Shown piece by piece: positions 10,304 through 19,625 of a DNA stretch of 64,000 nucleotides. Both the position numbers and the translations under genes were made by a program. The notes under the pieces are model-generated. The model saw nothing but the letters and a program-made list of their open reading frames with translations, ran no database searches and was not told the origin of the DNA. Numbering within the stretch: the stretch's first letter is position 1; each line of letters begins with the position of its first letter. Origin of the DNA: an uncultured delta proteobacterium (GTDB taxonomy: Bacteria > Myxococcota_A > UBA9160 > UBA4427); assembly GCA_963822965.1 (NCBI GenBank), contig CAWGJT010000011.1, forward strand, positions 32,001-96,000, in the 5' to 3' direction.

Positions 10304-11078
10304 GCTGGTCGTGCAGCGGGCCGTTGCTCGCGACGATCGAGACGGGGTCGACCGCGGGCGGGCCTCCGTCCGGCGCGGTCACCCGTCCGCCCGCCTCCTC
10401 GACGAGCAGGATTCCGGCCGCGACGTCCCACGGACGCAGCTTGAGCTCCCAGTACGCGTCGAAGCGGCCGGCCGCCACGTAGCAGAGGTCGAGGGCCGCG
10501 CTGCCGTCGCGGCGAATCCCCTGGGCCACCTCGAGCATGCGCGCGAAGCAGGCGGCGTTCTCGCCGCTGCGGTGGACGTCATAGGCGAAACCCGTGGCGA
10601 GCAGGGCCTCGCCCAGGTCCGCTCGTGCGGACACCGCGAGGCGTTGCGTACCCCGCCAGGCGCCCCCTCCGCGAACCGCATGGTAGAGGTCGTCTCGCAA
10701 CGGGTCGTACACGACGCCCACCTCGCGCCGTCCGTTGCGCTCGACGCCCACCGAGACGCAGAAGCAGGGATAGCCATGGGCGTAGTTGGTGGTGCCGTCG
10801 AGGGGATCGATCACCCAGCGCCACTCGCAGCCCGCCACCTCGCGACCGTGACCCTCCTCCGCGAGGATCCCGTCGCCAGGGCGCTCCCGTTCGAGCGTCG
10901 CCACCATCGCCTGCTCGCAGGCGTGGTCGACCTCGGTGACGAGATCGATGCTCGAGCTCTTGGTGGCGACCGAAACCCCGGTTTCGAAGCGCTCGCGCTG
11001 GATGGCGCCGGCCTGCCGCGCGATCTGCTGGGCGAGCCGCAGGACCCGGGCGACCTCGGGATCGGCCGCCACCCTCAC
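10278..11078 (-). CDS. suhB: Inositol monophosphatase family protein
   Basis: DLVTEVD, WVIDPLDGTTNYAHG, GSAALDLCYVAAGRFD, WDVAAG. Confidence 0.93.
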   Translation of the reverse strand: MRVAADPEVARVLRLAQQIARQAGAIQRERFETGVSVATKSSSIDLVTEVDHACEQAMVATLERERPGDGILAEEGHGREVAGCEWRWVIDPLDGTTNYAHGYPCFCVSVGVERNGRREVGVVYDPLRDDLYHAVRGGGAWRGTQRLAVSARADLGEALLATGFAYDVHRSGENAACFARMLEVAQGIRRDGSAALDLCYVAAGRFDAYWELKLRPWDVAAGILLVEEAGGRVTAPDGGPPAVDPVSIVASNGPLHDQLMERLREA

Positions 11079-11887
11079 GCCGGTGCGCCCGGGCCGGCGG
11101 ACGCCGGCAGGCGGTAGAAGCGGCGGGCGTTCTCGGTGGTCTGCCGCGCGATCTCCGGGACCGGACGCCCGCGCAGGTCGGCGAGGACCTCACCGACCCG
11201 GACGACCCAGGCGGGCTCGTTGCGCCTTCCCCGATGGCCCTCCGGCGCGAGAAAGGGGGCATCGGTCTCGATGAGAACACGGTCGGCGGGGAGCGACGCC
11301 GCCACCTCGCGCAGCTCGTCCGCCTTCTTGAAGGTGAGGATGCCCGAGAACGAGACGTCGAGACGATGGTCCAGGGCGCGGTGCGCGAAGTCCCGACTTC
11401 CCGTGTAGCAGTGGAGCACGCCCGATACGTCGCCGCGCCCTTCGGCGATCCAGATGTCCAGCAGCTCGTCGTAGGCCTCCGGGCCGTCGCCGCGGACGTG
11501 GATCGAGGCCGGCAGGTCGAGCTCTCGGGCCAGGGCCACCTGCTCGGCGAAGACGGCTCGCTGGATCTCCCGGGGCGAGTTCATGTAGTGGTAGTCGAGA
11601 CCGCACTCGCCCACCGCCACCACCTTCGGCTCGCCCAGCCAGGCGCGCAGCTTCGCCCGCCCCGGGTCGTCCAGCTGGTCGGCATCGTGCGGGTGCACGC
11701 CGGCGGTGGCGAAGACGTCGGGATGGGCGCGCGCGAGGGCCACCGCGTCGCGAGATCCCTCCACGCCGTAGCCGGAGCCGATGCACACCAGCGCCTCGAC
11801 ACCCGCGTCTCGGGCGCGCGCGAGCACGGCGTCCCGGTCCTCGTCGAAGCGGTCGGCGGTGACGTGGCAGTGGCTGTCGAGCCACAT
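11075..11887 (-). CDS. tatD: TatD family DNase
   Basis: MWLDSHCH, GVHPH, VGECGLDY, LHCYTG, ETDAPFLAP, RNEPAWV. Confidence 0.93.
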   Translation of the reverse strand: MWLDSHCHVTADRFDEDRDAVLARARDAGVEALVCIGSGYGVEGSRDAVALARAHPDVFATAGVHPHDADQLDDPGRAKLRAWLGEPKVVAVGECGLDYHYMNSPREIQRAVFAEQVALARELDLPASIHVRGDGPEAYDELLDIWIAEGRGDVSGVLHCYTGSRDFAHRALDHRLDVSFSGILTFKKADELREVAASLPADRVLIETDAPFLAPEGHRGRRNEPAWVVRVGEVLADLRGRPVPEIARQTTENARRFYRLPASAGPGAPA

Positions 11888-11907
11888 CGATCGACCCCCG
11901 GAATGCA

Positions 11908-13464
11908 CTAGTCGTCCGCCTCCGGCGGCTCGATCCGCGGGAAGAGCGGCGCGCCCCGGGTGGTCGCCGCACCCACCGGGATCGTGCCCCAGGCCGCATC
12001 CGCGGGCAGGCGCGCCGACGCCAGCGCGTCCGGCAGGCCGAGTCGACGCAGGATCTCTCCGGCGGCGTCCGGCACGAACGGCGCCAGCAGCAACGCCAGG
12101 ATCCGCAGCGACTCGCAGCAGGTGTGCAGCGTCGTGGGGACGCTCGCTTCCCGTTGCGGGTCCTTGGCGGCCTTCCAGGGCTCGCGCTTCTCCAGGTACT
12201 GGTTGGTGGCGTCCACGGCCTTGAAGATGGCCTCGAGCGCCCGGTGGATCTCCAGGGCCTCGACGTGGCGGTCCACCGCGCGAACGGCCTCGGCGCAGGC
12301 GTCGCGCACCGATTGCTCGAGCTCGCCGGGCGCGCCGGGGGCCGGCACGCATCCGCCCGCGAAGCGGTCGGTCATGTTGAGCGTGCGGCTCACGAGATTG
12401 CCGAGGTTGTTGGCAAGGTCCGCATTGACGCGGGCGACGAGCGCCTCCTCGCTGAAGCTGGCGTCCACCCCGAAGCTCATGCCCCGCAGCAGGAAGTAGC
12501 GGAACGCCTCGAAGCCGTACTTCTCTCGCATGATGAGGGGCGAGATCATGTTGCCCAGGCTCTTCGAGACCTTGCGGTCGTCGACGTTCCAGTAGCCGTG
12601 GACGTTCAGGTGGCGCACCGGCTCGAGGCCGATCGCGCGCAGCATCGTCGGCCAGAAGATCGCGTGCGGCTTCAGGATGTCCTTTGCGACCAGGTGCTGG
12701 CTTGCCGCCCAGAAGTGCGGGAACTCCTCCCCGTCGGGATAGCCGATCGCCGTCAGGTAGTTGATCAGCGCGTCGAACCAGACGTAGCAGACGTAGTTCC
12801 GGTCGAAGGGCAGCTCGATGCCCCAGTCGAGTCGGGTCTTCGGACGCGAGATGCAGAGGTCGCCGAGCCCGCTCTCTTCCTTCAGCATGGAGAGCACTTC
12901 GTTGCGATAGCGCTCGGGCCGGATGAAGTCCGGATGCCCGGCGATGTAGCCCGCGAGCCACTCGAAGTGCTCGGTCATCTTGAAGAAGTAGTTGCCCTCG
13001 GCGCGGTGCTCCGGCGGGCGCTCGTGGTCGCGACACAGTCCGTCGACCAGGTCGCGGTCGGTCAGGAAGCGTTCGCACCCGACGCAGTAGTCGCCCTCGT
13101 ACTCGCGGAACTCGATGTGCCCGGCATCCCAGACCTTCTGCAGGATCGCCTTCACCACCGCCTGGTGGTCCCGGTCGGTGGTGCGGATGAAGCGGTCGTA
13201 GGAGATGCCGAGGGTCTCCCAGGCCTCGCGGAAGCGGGTCGAGAAGTACTCGGCGGTGACGGCGGGCGTCTCGCCCCGGGCCTTCGCCACCTCGAGCACC
13301 TTCTCGCCGTGCTCGTCGCTGCCCGTCAGGAAGAAGGTCCGGCAGCCGCGCAGCCGGTGATGGCGCGCCAGGCTGTCGGCGAGCACGGTCGTGTACGTGT
13401 GGCCGATGTGGGGCTCGGCGTTCACGTAGTAGATCGGCGTGGTGATGTAGTAGTAGGCGGTCAT
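11908..13464 (-). CDS. metG: Methionine--tRNA ligase (short form, no C-terminal tRNA-binding domain)
   Basis: YYITTPIYYVNAEPHIGH, YVWFDALINY, KDILKPH, KVSKSLGN. Confidence 0.96.
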   Translation of the reverse strand: MTAYYYITTPIYYVNAEPHIGHTYTTVLADSLARHHRLRGCRTFFLTGSDEHGEKVLEVAKARGETPAVTAEYFSTRFREAWETLGISYDRFIRTTDRDHQAVVKAILQKVWDAGHIEFREYEGDYCVGCERFLTDRDLVDGLCRDHERPPEHRAEGNYFFKMTEHFEWLAGYIAGHPDFIRPERYRNEVLSMLKEESGLGDLCISRPKTRLDWGIELPFDRNYVCYVWFDALINYLTAIGYPDGEEFPHFWAASQHLVAKDILKPHAIFWPTMLRAIGLEPVRHLNVHGYWNVDDRKVSKSLGNMISPLIMREKYGFEAFRYFLLRGMSFGVDASFSEEALVARVNADLANNLGNLVSRTLNMTDRFAGGCVPAPGAPGELEQSVRDACAEAVRAVDRHVEALEIHRALEAIFKAVDATNQYLEKREPWKAAKDPQREASVPTTLHTCCESLRILALLLAPFVPDAAGEILRRLGLPDALASARLPADAAWGTIPVGAATTRGAPLFPRIEPPEADD

Positions 13465-13494
13465 GCTTCCTTCCGCGCCGTCCGACGGCTCGGC

Positions 13495-14439
13495 TCAGGG
13501 GGTGGCGGCGTTGCGAACGGCGAGCAGGGCGCGCTCGGCGACCATCTGGGGATTGGCGTTTCGCTGGGCCAGATCCTTGCGACAGGCCGAGAGGGTGCGG
13601 AAGGCGTCGAGCTCGCGATCGACGGGGCGCGCTTCGTCGCCGGAGACCGTGGCGCCGACGCGTTCCCGGAGCCACTCGGACCCCACGGCGAGCAGCGCCT
13701 GCACCCGGGCGGCCGCCACCGCACGAGCGCCCCGGTACTCCTCGGCCCAGTCGAGCAGGGCCGGGACGTCGTAGGCGTGGATCTCGTCGAGGCGCCGGGC
13801 GAGGTCGCGGGTCTCGTCGTCGGCGTCCTCTCCGCGCAGGCTCGGTCGGCCGGTGTGCGGGAAGAACGCGCGCTGGCAACGCGAGCGGATCGTGGCCAGC
13901 AGGCCCGCCGGGCTGCTGGTGACGAGCACCAGGCAGGTCCTGTCCGGAGGCTCCTCCAGCAGGTGCAGCAGCGCGTTCTGCGCCTCGAGGTTCAGCCACT
14001 CGGCGTCCGCGATGACCGCCGCACGCCAGCCGCCCTCGTTCGGGGCGAGCCGCAGGGCGCCCTGGAGGGCGCGGACCTGCGTGATCCGCACGCGCGTGCC
14101 GTCCTCGCCGCGGTCGACCCAGTAGAGGTCCGGGTGATCGCCGATGTGCCGGTAGAGCGGCCCGCGCTTGCCGGTGCCGTCGATCACGATCTCGTCCCCG
14201 CTCTCGCGCTTCGCGCCGGAGAGCGCGCAGTCGCGACAGGCTTCGCACGGCCGGGGAGCCTCGCCCTGGCAGACGACCCCCCGCGCGAAGTCGAGGGCTG
14301 CCCGGGCGGGCGCGTCGCCGGCTCCGGCGAGCAGGAAGGACGAGTGCAGCCGCCCGCTCTCGAGGGCGCGACGGAGCAGGACACCCCCCTCCGGGGGTTC
14401 GCCGGCCGTTGCCGGCCCGGTGGTCGTTCGCGTGGACAT
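13495..14439 (-). CDS. holB: DNA polymerase III subunit delta'
   Basis: Zn-module CQG...CEACRDC, HPD, AQNALLHLLEEPP, TIRSRCQ. Classic holB-metG-tatD synteny. Confidence 0.88.
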   Translation of the reverse strand: MSTRTTTGPATAGEPPEGGVLLRRALESGRLHSSFLLAGAGDAPARAALDFARGVVCQGEAPRPCEACRDCALSGAKRESGDEIVIDGTGKRGPLYRHIGDHPDLYWVDRGEDGTRVRITQVRALQGALRLAPNEGGWRAAVIADAEWLNLEAQNALLHLLEEPPDRTCLVLVTSSPAGLLATIRSRCQRAFFPHTGRPSLRGEDADDETRDLARRLDEIHAYDVPALLDWAEEYRGARAVAAARVQALLAVGSEWLRERVGATVSGDEARPVDRELDAFRTLSACRKDLAQRNANPQMVAERALLAVRNAATP

Positions 14440-14756
14440 GCGCGGGGACCGTAGCAGCCCGCGCAAGCGCGCCGCAGGCCGCGCTGCCGGCCCGTGACGG
14501 CGCAGAAAGTCCTGCAACCGCGCAGTTTTCCGGTTGTTCTCAAGTCGCGAGCGGCCGCCGCCGAAGGAGTCTGTGCGCGGCCCGGACCGGGCCCGCAGAC
14601 GAGAGGGAGATCGAATCCGCGCCTTCCCCGGGCGGCCCGGGAAGAAAAGAGGACGCGGATCACCAGGCGCCGCAGCGGCCCGCCCGAGGAGTGAGGGGGG
14701 CCCGCGAGCCAACGCAAACACACAACCGACCAGGACGGTTCGAAGGGAGTGAAGGG

Positions 14757-15254
14757 ATGGCGATCAGCAGCTTCGGTCGAGGCAAGGGTGGAGACGATGT
14801 CATGGGCGGTGCTCCCGTGGCGACGAGCTCGGCGGGGGCGAACCTGACGGCCTTCATCGACCAGGGCTCCGAGTTCGAGGGCAAGCTCACCTTCAAGGAC
14901 ACGGTTCGCATCGACGGCACCTTCCACGGCGAGATCAGCAGCGAGAACACGCTGATCGTCGGCGAGACGGGCACCATCGAGGCGACCATCCGATCGAATA
15001 CCGTGGTGGTGAGCGGCTCGGTCGTGGGCAACATCGTGGCCGGACGCCAGATCGTTCTCCACAAGAGCGCCAGCGTGAAGGGCGACATGAGCGCGCCTTC
15101 CCTGGTGATCGAGGAGGGCGCGATCTACAACGGTCAGCTCACCATGGGGCGCACCGACGCGAAGGGCGGCTCCGGCTCCGCTCCGCTCAAGTCCATCGTG
15201 GGCGGCGGACAGGGCGGCGGGCAGGGCGGCGATTCCCAGGCGGAGAAGCAGTAG
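14757..15254 (+). CDS. Bactofilin (polymer-forming cytoskeletal protein)
   Basis: FIDQGSEFEGKLTFKDTVRIDGTFHGEI...LVIEEGAIYNGQLTM. Confidence 0.92.
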   Translation: MAISSFGRGKGGDDVMGGAPVATSSAGANLTAFIDQGSEFEGKLTFKDTVRIDGTFHGEISSENTLIVGETGTIEATIRSNTVVVSGSVVGNIVAGRQIVLHKSASVKGDMSAPSLVIEEGAIYNGQLTMGRTDAKGGSGSAPLKSIVGGGQGGGQGGDSQAEKQ

Positions 15255-15275
15255 ACCGGCACACGGACTGGAAGC

Positions 15276-15313
15276 GAACGCCTCCCGCCTGCGGCGGGGG
15301 GCGTTCTGCGTTT
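15276..15313 (+). terminator. Probable intrinsic terminator between the convergent bactofilin and NifU-like genes
   Basis: Stem GAACGCCTCCCGCC / GGCGGGGGGCGTTC with a weak T tail. Confidence 0.6.
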
Positions 15314-15362
15314 CGGGACCGACGCGCCGGAGCGACGCGCGATCGGTCGCGGCGGCGCCCGG

Positions 15363-15626
15363 CTACACCACGACGAGCGCGCTCACGCCGGGGACGGCCT
15401 GGCGGAGGGGCTCCTCGAGGCCCACGTGCAGGGTGGCGAACTGGGCCGGGCAGGTGGCGCACTGGCCCTGCAGGGTGACGCGGACGGTCCCGTCTTCGTC
15501 GACGGCCACCAGCTCGACGTTGCCGCCATCGGCGATCAACGCCGGGCGGAGCTGGTCGATCACGGTCTCGACCGCGTCGAAGAGCGAGACGCCCGAATCG
15601 GGCGCTCCGAGGACGTTCTGGGGCAT
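15363..15626 (-). CDS. NifU/NfuA C-terminal domain protein
   Basis: LRPALIADGGNVELV...LQGQCATCP (CxxC). Confidence 0.88.
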   Translation of the reverse strand: MPQNVLGAPDSGVSLFDAVETVIDQLRPALIADGGNVELVAVDEDGTVRVTLQGQCATCPAQFATLHVGLEEPLRQAVPGVSALVVV

Positions 15627-15724
15627 GCAGGGGGGATCGGCACTCCGCCAGGCCGGATTGAGGGCGTCGTGGGTCTGGCCGCGGGTCTCGCTCGCTCCCC
15701 CGGCCCTGCTGTAGCCTCCAGGAC

Positions 15725-16396
15725 ATGCACGTGACCGTCAGGCTCTTCGGATCGTTGCGCGAGGCCGCCGGCGCCAAGGAGCTCGAGCTCGAGCTGGCCG
15801 AGGGCTGCCGGGTGAGCGACGTGCGGGAGCTGCTGGCGGAGCGGTTCCCCATCCTCGAGCGACTCGGCGAGCGAGTCGCGGTCTCGGTGAACCTCGAGCT
15901 GGCGGAGGCGACACAGGGCCTCCGGGACGGGGACGAGGTGGCGTTCCTGCCCCCGGTCGCCGGCGGTGCCACCGCCGCCGGCAAGGCCTGCACGATCTCC
16001 GACGGGCCCCTGGTGGAGAGCGAGGTGGTCGCCCGGGTCGCCGGGGCCGACGCCGGCGGGGTGGTCACCTTCGTGGGCAACGTGCGGGACCGCGCCCGCG
16101 GGCGGTCCATCGAGTACCTCGAGTACGAAGCCTACCCGGAGATGGCCGAGCGCGAGATGCAGAAGATCGCCGACGAGGCGGCCCTGCGGTGGCCGGGCGT
16201 GCGGGTGGCCATCGCACACCGCACCGGCCACCTCGAGATCGGCGAGGCGGCGGTGGTCATCGCGGCGGCGGCGCCCCATCGGGCCGAGGCCTTCGAGGCC
16301 TGCCGCTTCGCCATCGATACCTTGAAGCAGACGGTCCCCATCTGGAAGAAGGAGGTGGCGACCGACGGGGAGTACTGGGTGGACGATCACGCATGA
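15725..16396 (+). CDS. moaE: Fused molybdopterin synthase MoaD-MoaE (MoaX-type)
   Basis: MoaD part (VRLFGSLRE...DEVAFLPPVAGG) continues in frame into MoaE (LEYEAY, HRTGHL, LKQTVPIWKKE). Confidence 0.93.
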   Translation: MHVTVRLFGSLREAAGAKELELELAEGCRVSDVRELLAERFPILERLGERVAVSVNLELAEATQGLRDGDEVAFLPPVAGGATAAGKACTISDGPLVESEVVARVAGADAGGVVTFVGNVRDRARGRSIEYLEYEAYPEMAEREMQKIADEAALRWPGVRVAIAHRTGHLEIGEAAVVIAAAAPHRAEAFEACRFAIDTLKQTVPIWKKEVATDGEYWVDDHA

Positions 16397-16923
16397 GCGA
16401 GCCGTCGCCGAAGCACGAGGCACACCACCATCGGCAGGACGCAGTCGGCAGTGTCCCGGTGGTGGTGGTGACAGTGAGCGATACCCGCACGCTGGAGACG
16501 GACACGGGTGGTGCGCTCGTCGTCGAGCTGCTCGAAGGGGCCGGTCACGTGGTCGTCGAGCGGACGCTCGTGCCCGACGATCCCGAGGCCATCGGCCAGG
16601 CCCTCGAACGGGCGCTCTCCCAGGCCGGCACCCGCGCCATCGTCTTCACCGGCGGGACCGGCGTCGCCCCCCGAGACGTCACGCCCGACGCGGTGGCGCC
16701 GCGGCTCGAGCGGGAGGTGCCGGGCTTCGGCGAGCTCTTCCGACAGCTCTCGTACGCGGACATCGGCTCGGCGGCGATCCTCTCCCGGGCGCTGGCAGGG
16801 ATCGCGGAAGGGCGGGTCGTCTTCGTGCTGCCCGGCTCGCGCGGCGCCGTTCGCCTGGCGATGGAGAAGCTGATCCTGCCCGAGATCGGGCACCTGGCCG
16901 CCGAGGCCGTCAAGACCCGCTAG
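16393..16923 (+). CDS. moaB: Molybdenum cofactor biosynthesis protein MoaB/Mog
   Basis: VTVSDTRT...DTGG, TGGTGVAPRDVTP, GFGELFR, LSRA, LPGS. Confidence 0.92.
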   Translation: MSEPSPKHEAHHHRQDAVGSVPVVVVTVSDTRTLETDTGGALVVELLEGAGHVVVERTLVPDDPEAIGQALERALSQAGTRAIVFTGGTGVAPRDVTPDAVAPRLEREVPGFGELFRQLSYADIGSAAILSRALAGIAEGRVVFVLPGSRGAVRLAMEKLILPEIGHLAAEAVKTR

Positions 16924-16943
16924 GAAGGGACCGAAGAGCCTTC

Positions 16944-18365
16944 GTGGCCCGTGTTCGCAACCCGTCGCTCCTCCCCGTCGCGTGCGGCCTCGTGTGTGCG
17001 GTTGCCGCTCTGTTGCTGATCGGAGAGGGGTCCGCCCGCGCCGAGGACTTCGTCTGGGTGGACGAGCACGGCATCACCCACTTCACGAACGACCCGGCGG
17101 CGGTGCCCGAAGCGGTGCGCGAGAGCGGCGACCCCGACTGGGACGAGACCCGGGACCTCTGGAATCGCTTCATCCTGGGCGAGCGCACCGGTACCCCGCC
17201 CGGCGCCGGCGGCAGCGACGAGGACCGGGTGACCCGCCTGCTGCGGGGCGCCGTCAACGACCTGCGTCGCGGGGAGTCCTCGCGGGCGGCGGCGACTCTC
17301 AAGAGCGTCGTGGCGCTGGATCCGAGCCGGGCCGAAGCGCACTGGTACCTGGCCCTGCTCGACCGCCAGCGCGGACGCTTCGACTCCGCCGAGGCCCACC
17401 TGCGCAGCTTCCTGCAGTACGCGGACGACTCCCTCGCCACCTATCGCGAGTCCGCGGAGAAGCGGCTTCGGGCCCTGGACGACGAGCGTCGCCTGGCCGA
17501 CGGCAGCGTCGCCCGGGGCGAGCTGCTGCTGGTGGCGCGCGAGAGCCCGAACTTCCGCATCCGCGTCGACTCGGAGCTCGACGCGGTGGGCGCCGACTAC
17601 GCGGCCACCGCGCTGCGCTACCTGGAGGACGCCCGGGGCGAGGTCTCGCGCCAGCTCGGCGTCGCGCCGGAGGAGCCCCTGGGTGTCGTCTTCTACGGTC
17701 GGGCTCGATACGACCAGGAGCACCGGCACCGCTTCTCGTTCGCCACGGTCGGGTTCTTCGACGGTCGCATCCACGTGGCCTCGCCCGCGCACCCGTCCGG
17801 CGAGCTGCGGTCGCTCCTCTTCCACGAGTACACCCATGCGCTGTTCCGGGAGCAGACCGGCGGCGATCGACCCTACTGGCTCAACGAAGGGCTGGCCGAG
17901 CGCGTCGAGCGGAGGGCGCGCCGCGTGCCGCCCTCCACCCACACCGAGCGCTCGGCCCTGCGCGCGCGGCTGGAGGCGCAGAGCTGGATCCCCCTGCGCA
18001 GCATCGCGCGCAGCTTCTCGGGCCTCTCCAACGAGGACGCCCGCATCGCGTATCTCGAATCGGTGATGGCCGCGGCCTGGATCGAGCAGCGCACGAGCCG
18101 CGAGCAGCGCGCCCACCTGCTGGAGCGCCTGGGCAGCGGCTTCTCGATCGACCAGGCCCTGCACGAGGTGGTGGGCGTCGATACCGAGGGTCTCGACGCC
18201 GCGTTGCAGCAGGAGATCCTGGCCGAGTTCCCCGAGCTGGCCGACGTCGAGCCGACCTCGACCGATGCGCCGGATTCCCCGGCTGGCGGGCCGAATCCTG
18301 CGGATTCGTCCGCTAGCGCGCCGCCTCGTCCTGCTGGCGGCTCGCCTCGAGCAGGAGCTCGGTGA
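16944..18365 (+). CDS. Secreted DUF4124 + TPR + gluzincin-type (peptidase MA-like) protein
   Basis: Signal peptide, WVDEHGITHFTNDP (DUF4124), TPR-like helix pair, FHEYTHA...WLNEGLAE (HExxH+E). Confidence 0.75.
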   Translation: MARVRNPSLLPVACGLVCAVAALLLIGEGSARAEDFVWVDEHGITHFTNDPAAVPEAVRESGDPDWDETRDLWNRFILGERTGTPPGAGGSDEDRVTRLLRGAVNDLRRGESSRAAATLKSVVALDPSRAEAHWYLALLDRQRGRFDSAEAHLRSFLQYADDSLATYRESAEKRLRALDDERRLADGSVARGELLLVARESPNFRIRVDSELDAVGADYAATALRYLEDARGEVSRQLGVAPEEPLGVVFYGRARYDQEHRHRFSFATVGFFDGRIHVASPAHPSGELRSLLFHEYTHALFREQTGGDRPYWLNEGLAERVERRARRVPPSTHTERSALRARLEAQSWIPLRSIARSFSGLSNEDARIAYLESVMAAAWIEQRTSREQRAHLLERLGSGFSIDQALHEVVGVDTEGLDAALQQEILAEFPELADVEPTSTDAPDSPAGGPNPADSSASAPPRPAGGSPRAGAR

Positions 18366-18999
18366 CCGACGCGGTGATGGTGCGCTCCTCGCAGCCGACC
18401 TGGGGGTCGAAGCGGAAGCGTCCCTGATCGCTCGTCACGATGGCGACTGCCGCGTCGAAGCCCAGCGCCTTCTCGGTCTCGGCGTGGACCGGATAGCCCG
18501 CTTCCATCCAGATGCGCCCCTGGCCGTCCCGGGACGAGAGCTCGAGCAGGCCCGACTTCCGGCCCATCTCGAGGAGCTGCAGCAGCGCGTCGGGCGGAAT
18601 CTCCGCCAGGTCGCCCTGGAACGCTTCGCCGGATTGGGGCATGCGCTCGGCGATCATGGTCTTGGCGGCGCTCGGCTCGTCGTCCAGCATGCCCACGTCG
18701 CCGTCGACCTGGCAGAAGATGATGATCGACGAGCCGATCTCGATCTTGTCTCCCGCGCTCAGCGCCGCCGAGCCCTCCACGGCCTGGCCGTTCAGGAAGG
18801 TGCCGTTGGTGCTGCCGAGATCGCGCAGACGGAACGAGTCGCCCTCGTAGAAGACCTCGGCGTGGCGTCTCGAGACGTCGTCTTTGCGCAGCACGAGCTC
18901 GCAGCTCGAGTGTCGGCCGATCGCCGCGGGGGTTCCCTCGGAGAGGCGCAGCGGGAGGTGCGGAGGACAGAAGAGGATGTACGAGCGGTCCATGTCCAT
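18313..18999 (-). CDS. FHA domain + DUF4388 (PATAN-like) protein
   Basis: IGRHSSC...VSRRHA...DLGSTNGTFLNG (FHA). FQGDLAEIPPDALLQLLEMGRKSGLL (DUF4388). Confidence 0.85.
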   Translation of the reverse strand: MDMDRSYILFCPPHLPLRLSEGTPAAIGRHSSCELVLRKDDVSRRHAEVFYEGDSFRLRDLGSTNGTFLNGQAVEGSAALSAGDKIEIGSSIIIFCQVDGDVGMLDDEPSAAKTMIAERMPQSGEAFQGDLAEIPPDALLQLLEMGRKSGLLELSSRDGQGRIWMEAGYPVHAETEKALGFDAAVAIVTSDQGRFRFDPQVGCEERTITASVTELLLEASRQQDEAAR

Positions 19000-19133
19000 G
19001 CCCCCCGATAGCGGCAGTCCCGCCACGCCACTTGACCCCTACACCGGGCCACCGAGGCCAGCGCGGTGGGGCGCGGGGCGACGCGCGGCGGGTTGCACAC
19101 CGGCTGCGCACGAGCTGCGCGTCGGGGCGGGTC

Positions 19134-19625
19134 TCAGGTGGAGCCGGGGAGGCCCCGGATCTCCACGCGATCGCCCCGGCGCCAGCCGCCGGCGTCCGCA
19201 TAGCCGGCGGGAACCTCGAGCACCATGTCGACGAGCTCGGGTGAACGCACCGTCTGGGGGTGCTCCGGGTCCTCGCGCGGATAGCGGACGAAGGGCGAGA
19301 TGCCCACGATGCGCCCGTCGCGGATCCAGACGATGTCGATGTCGAAGTGCATCCGCTTCATCCAGAACGCGAAGAACCCGGGCTGGTCGTAGAGGAAGAG
19401 CATGCCGTGTCCCCAGTCCAGGGAGGGGCGGTTGCCGAGGCCGAGGGACTGCTCGGCGCGGGTCTTGGCCACCTCGACGGTGACGACCCGATCGCGGATG
19501 GCGACCGTCGGCGTCGCGGGGTCGGTGCCGCAGCGCAGCGCGAGAGCGAGCGCGGCCCCGAAGAGCGCCGCCGCGACGGCGCCGCTGCGGGGGCGCCGCG
19601 GCGCCCCGCGCGACTCCTCACTCAT
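19134..19625 (-). CDS. DUF192 family protein
   Basis: VEVAKT...GLGNR...GMLF...FWMKRMHFDIDIVWI...VLEVPAG. Confidence 0.88.
   Translation of the reverse strand: MSEESRGAPRRPRSGAVAAALFGAALALALRCGTDPATPTVAIRDRVVTVEVAKTRAEQSLGLGNRPSLDWGHGMLFLYDQPGFFAFWMKRMHFDIDIVWIRDGRIVGISPFVRYPREDPEHPQTVRSPELVDMVLEVPAGYADAGGWRRGDRVEIRGLPGST

Noticed and set aside
11075..14248. 1057-aa ORF
   Set aside because: Only the last 270 aa (TatD) are real. The rest is an off-frame shadow of metG and holB.
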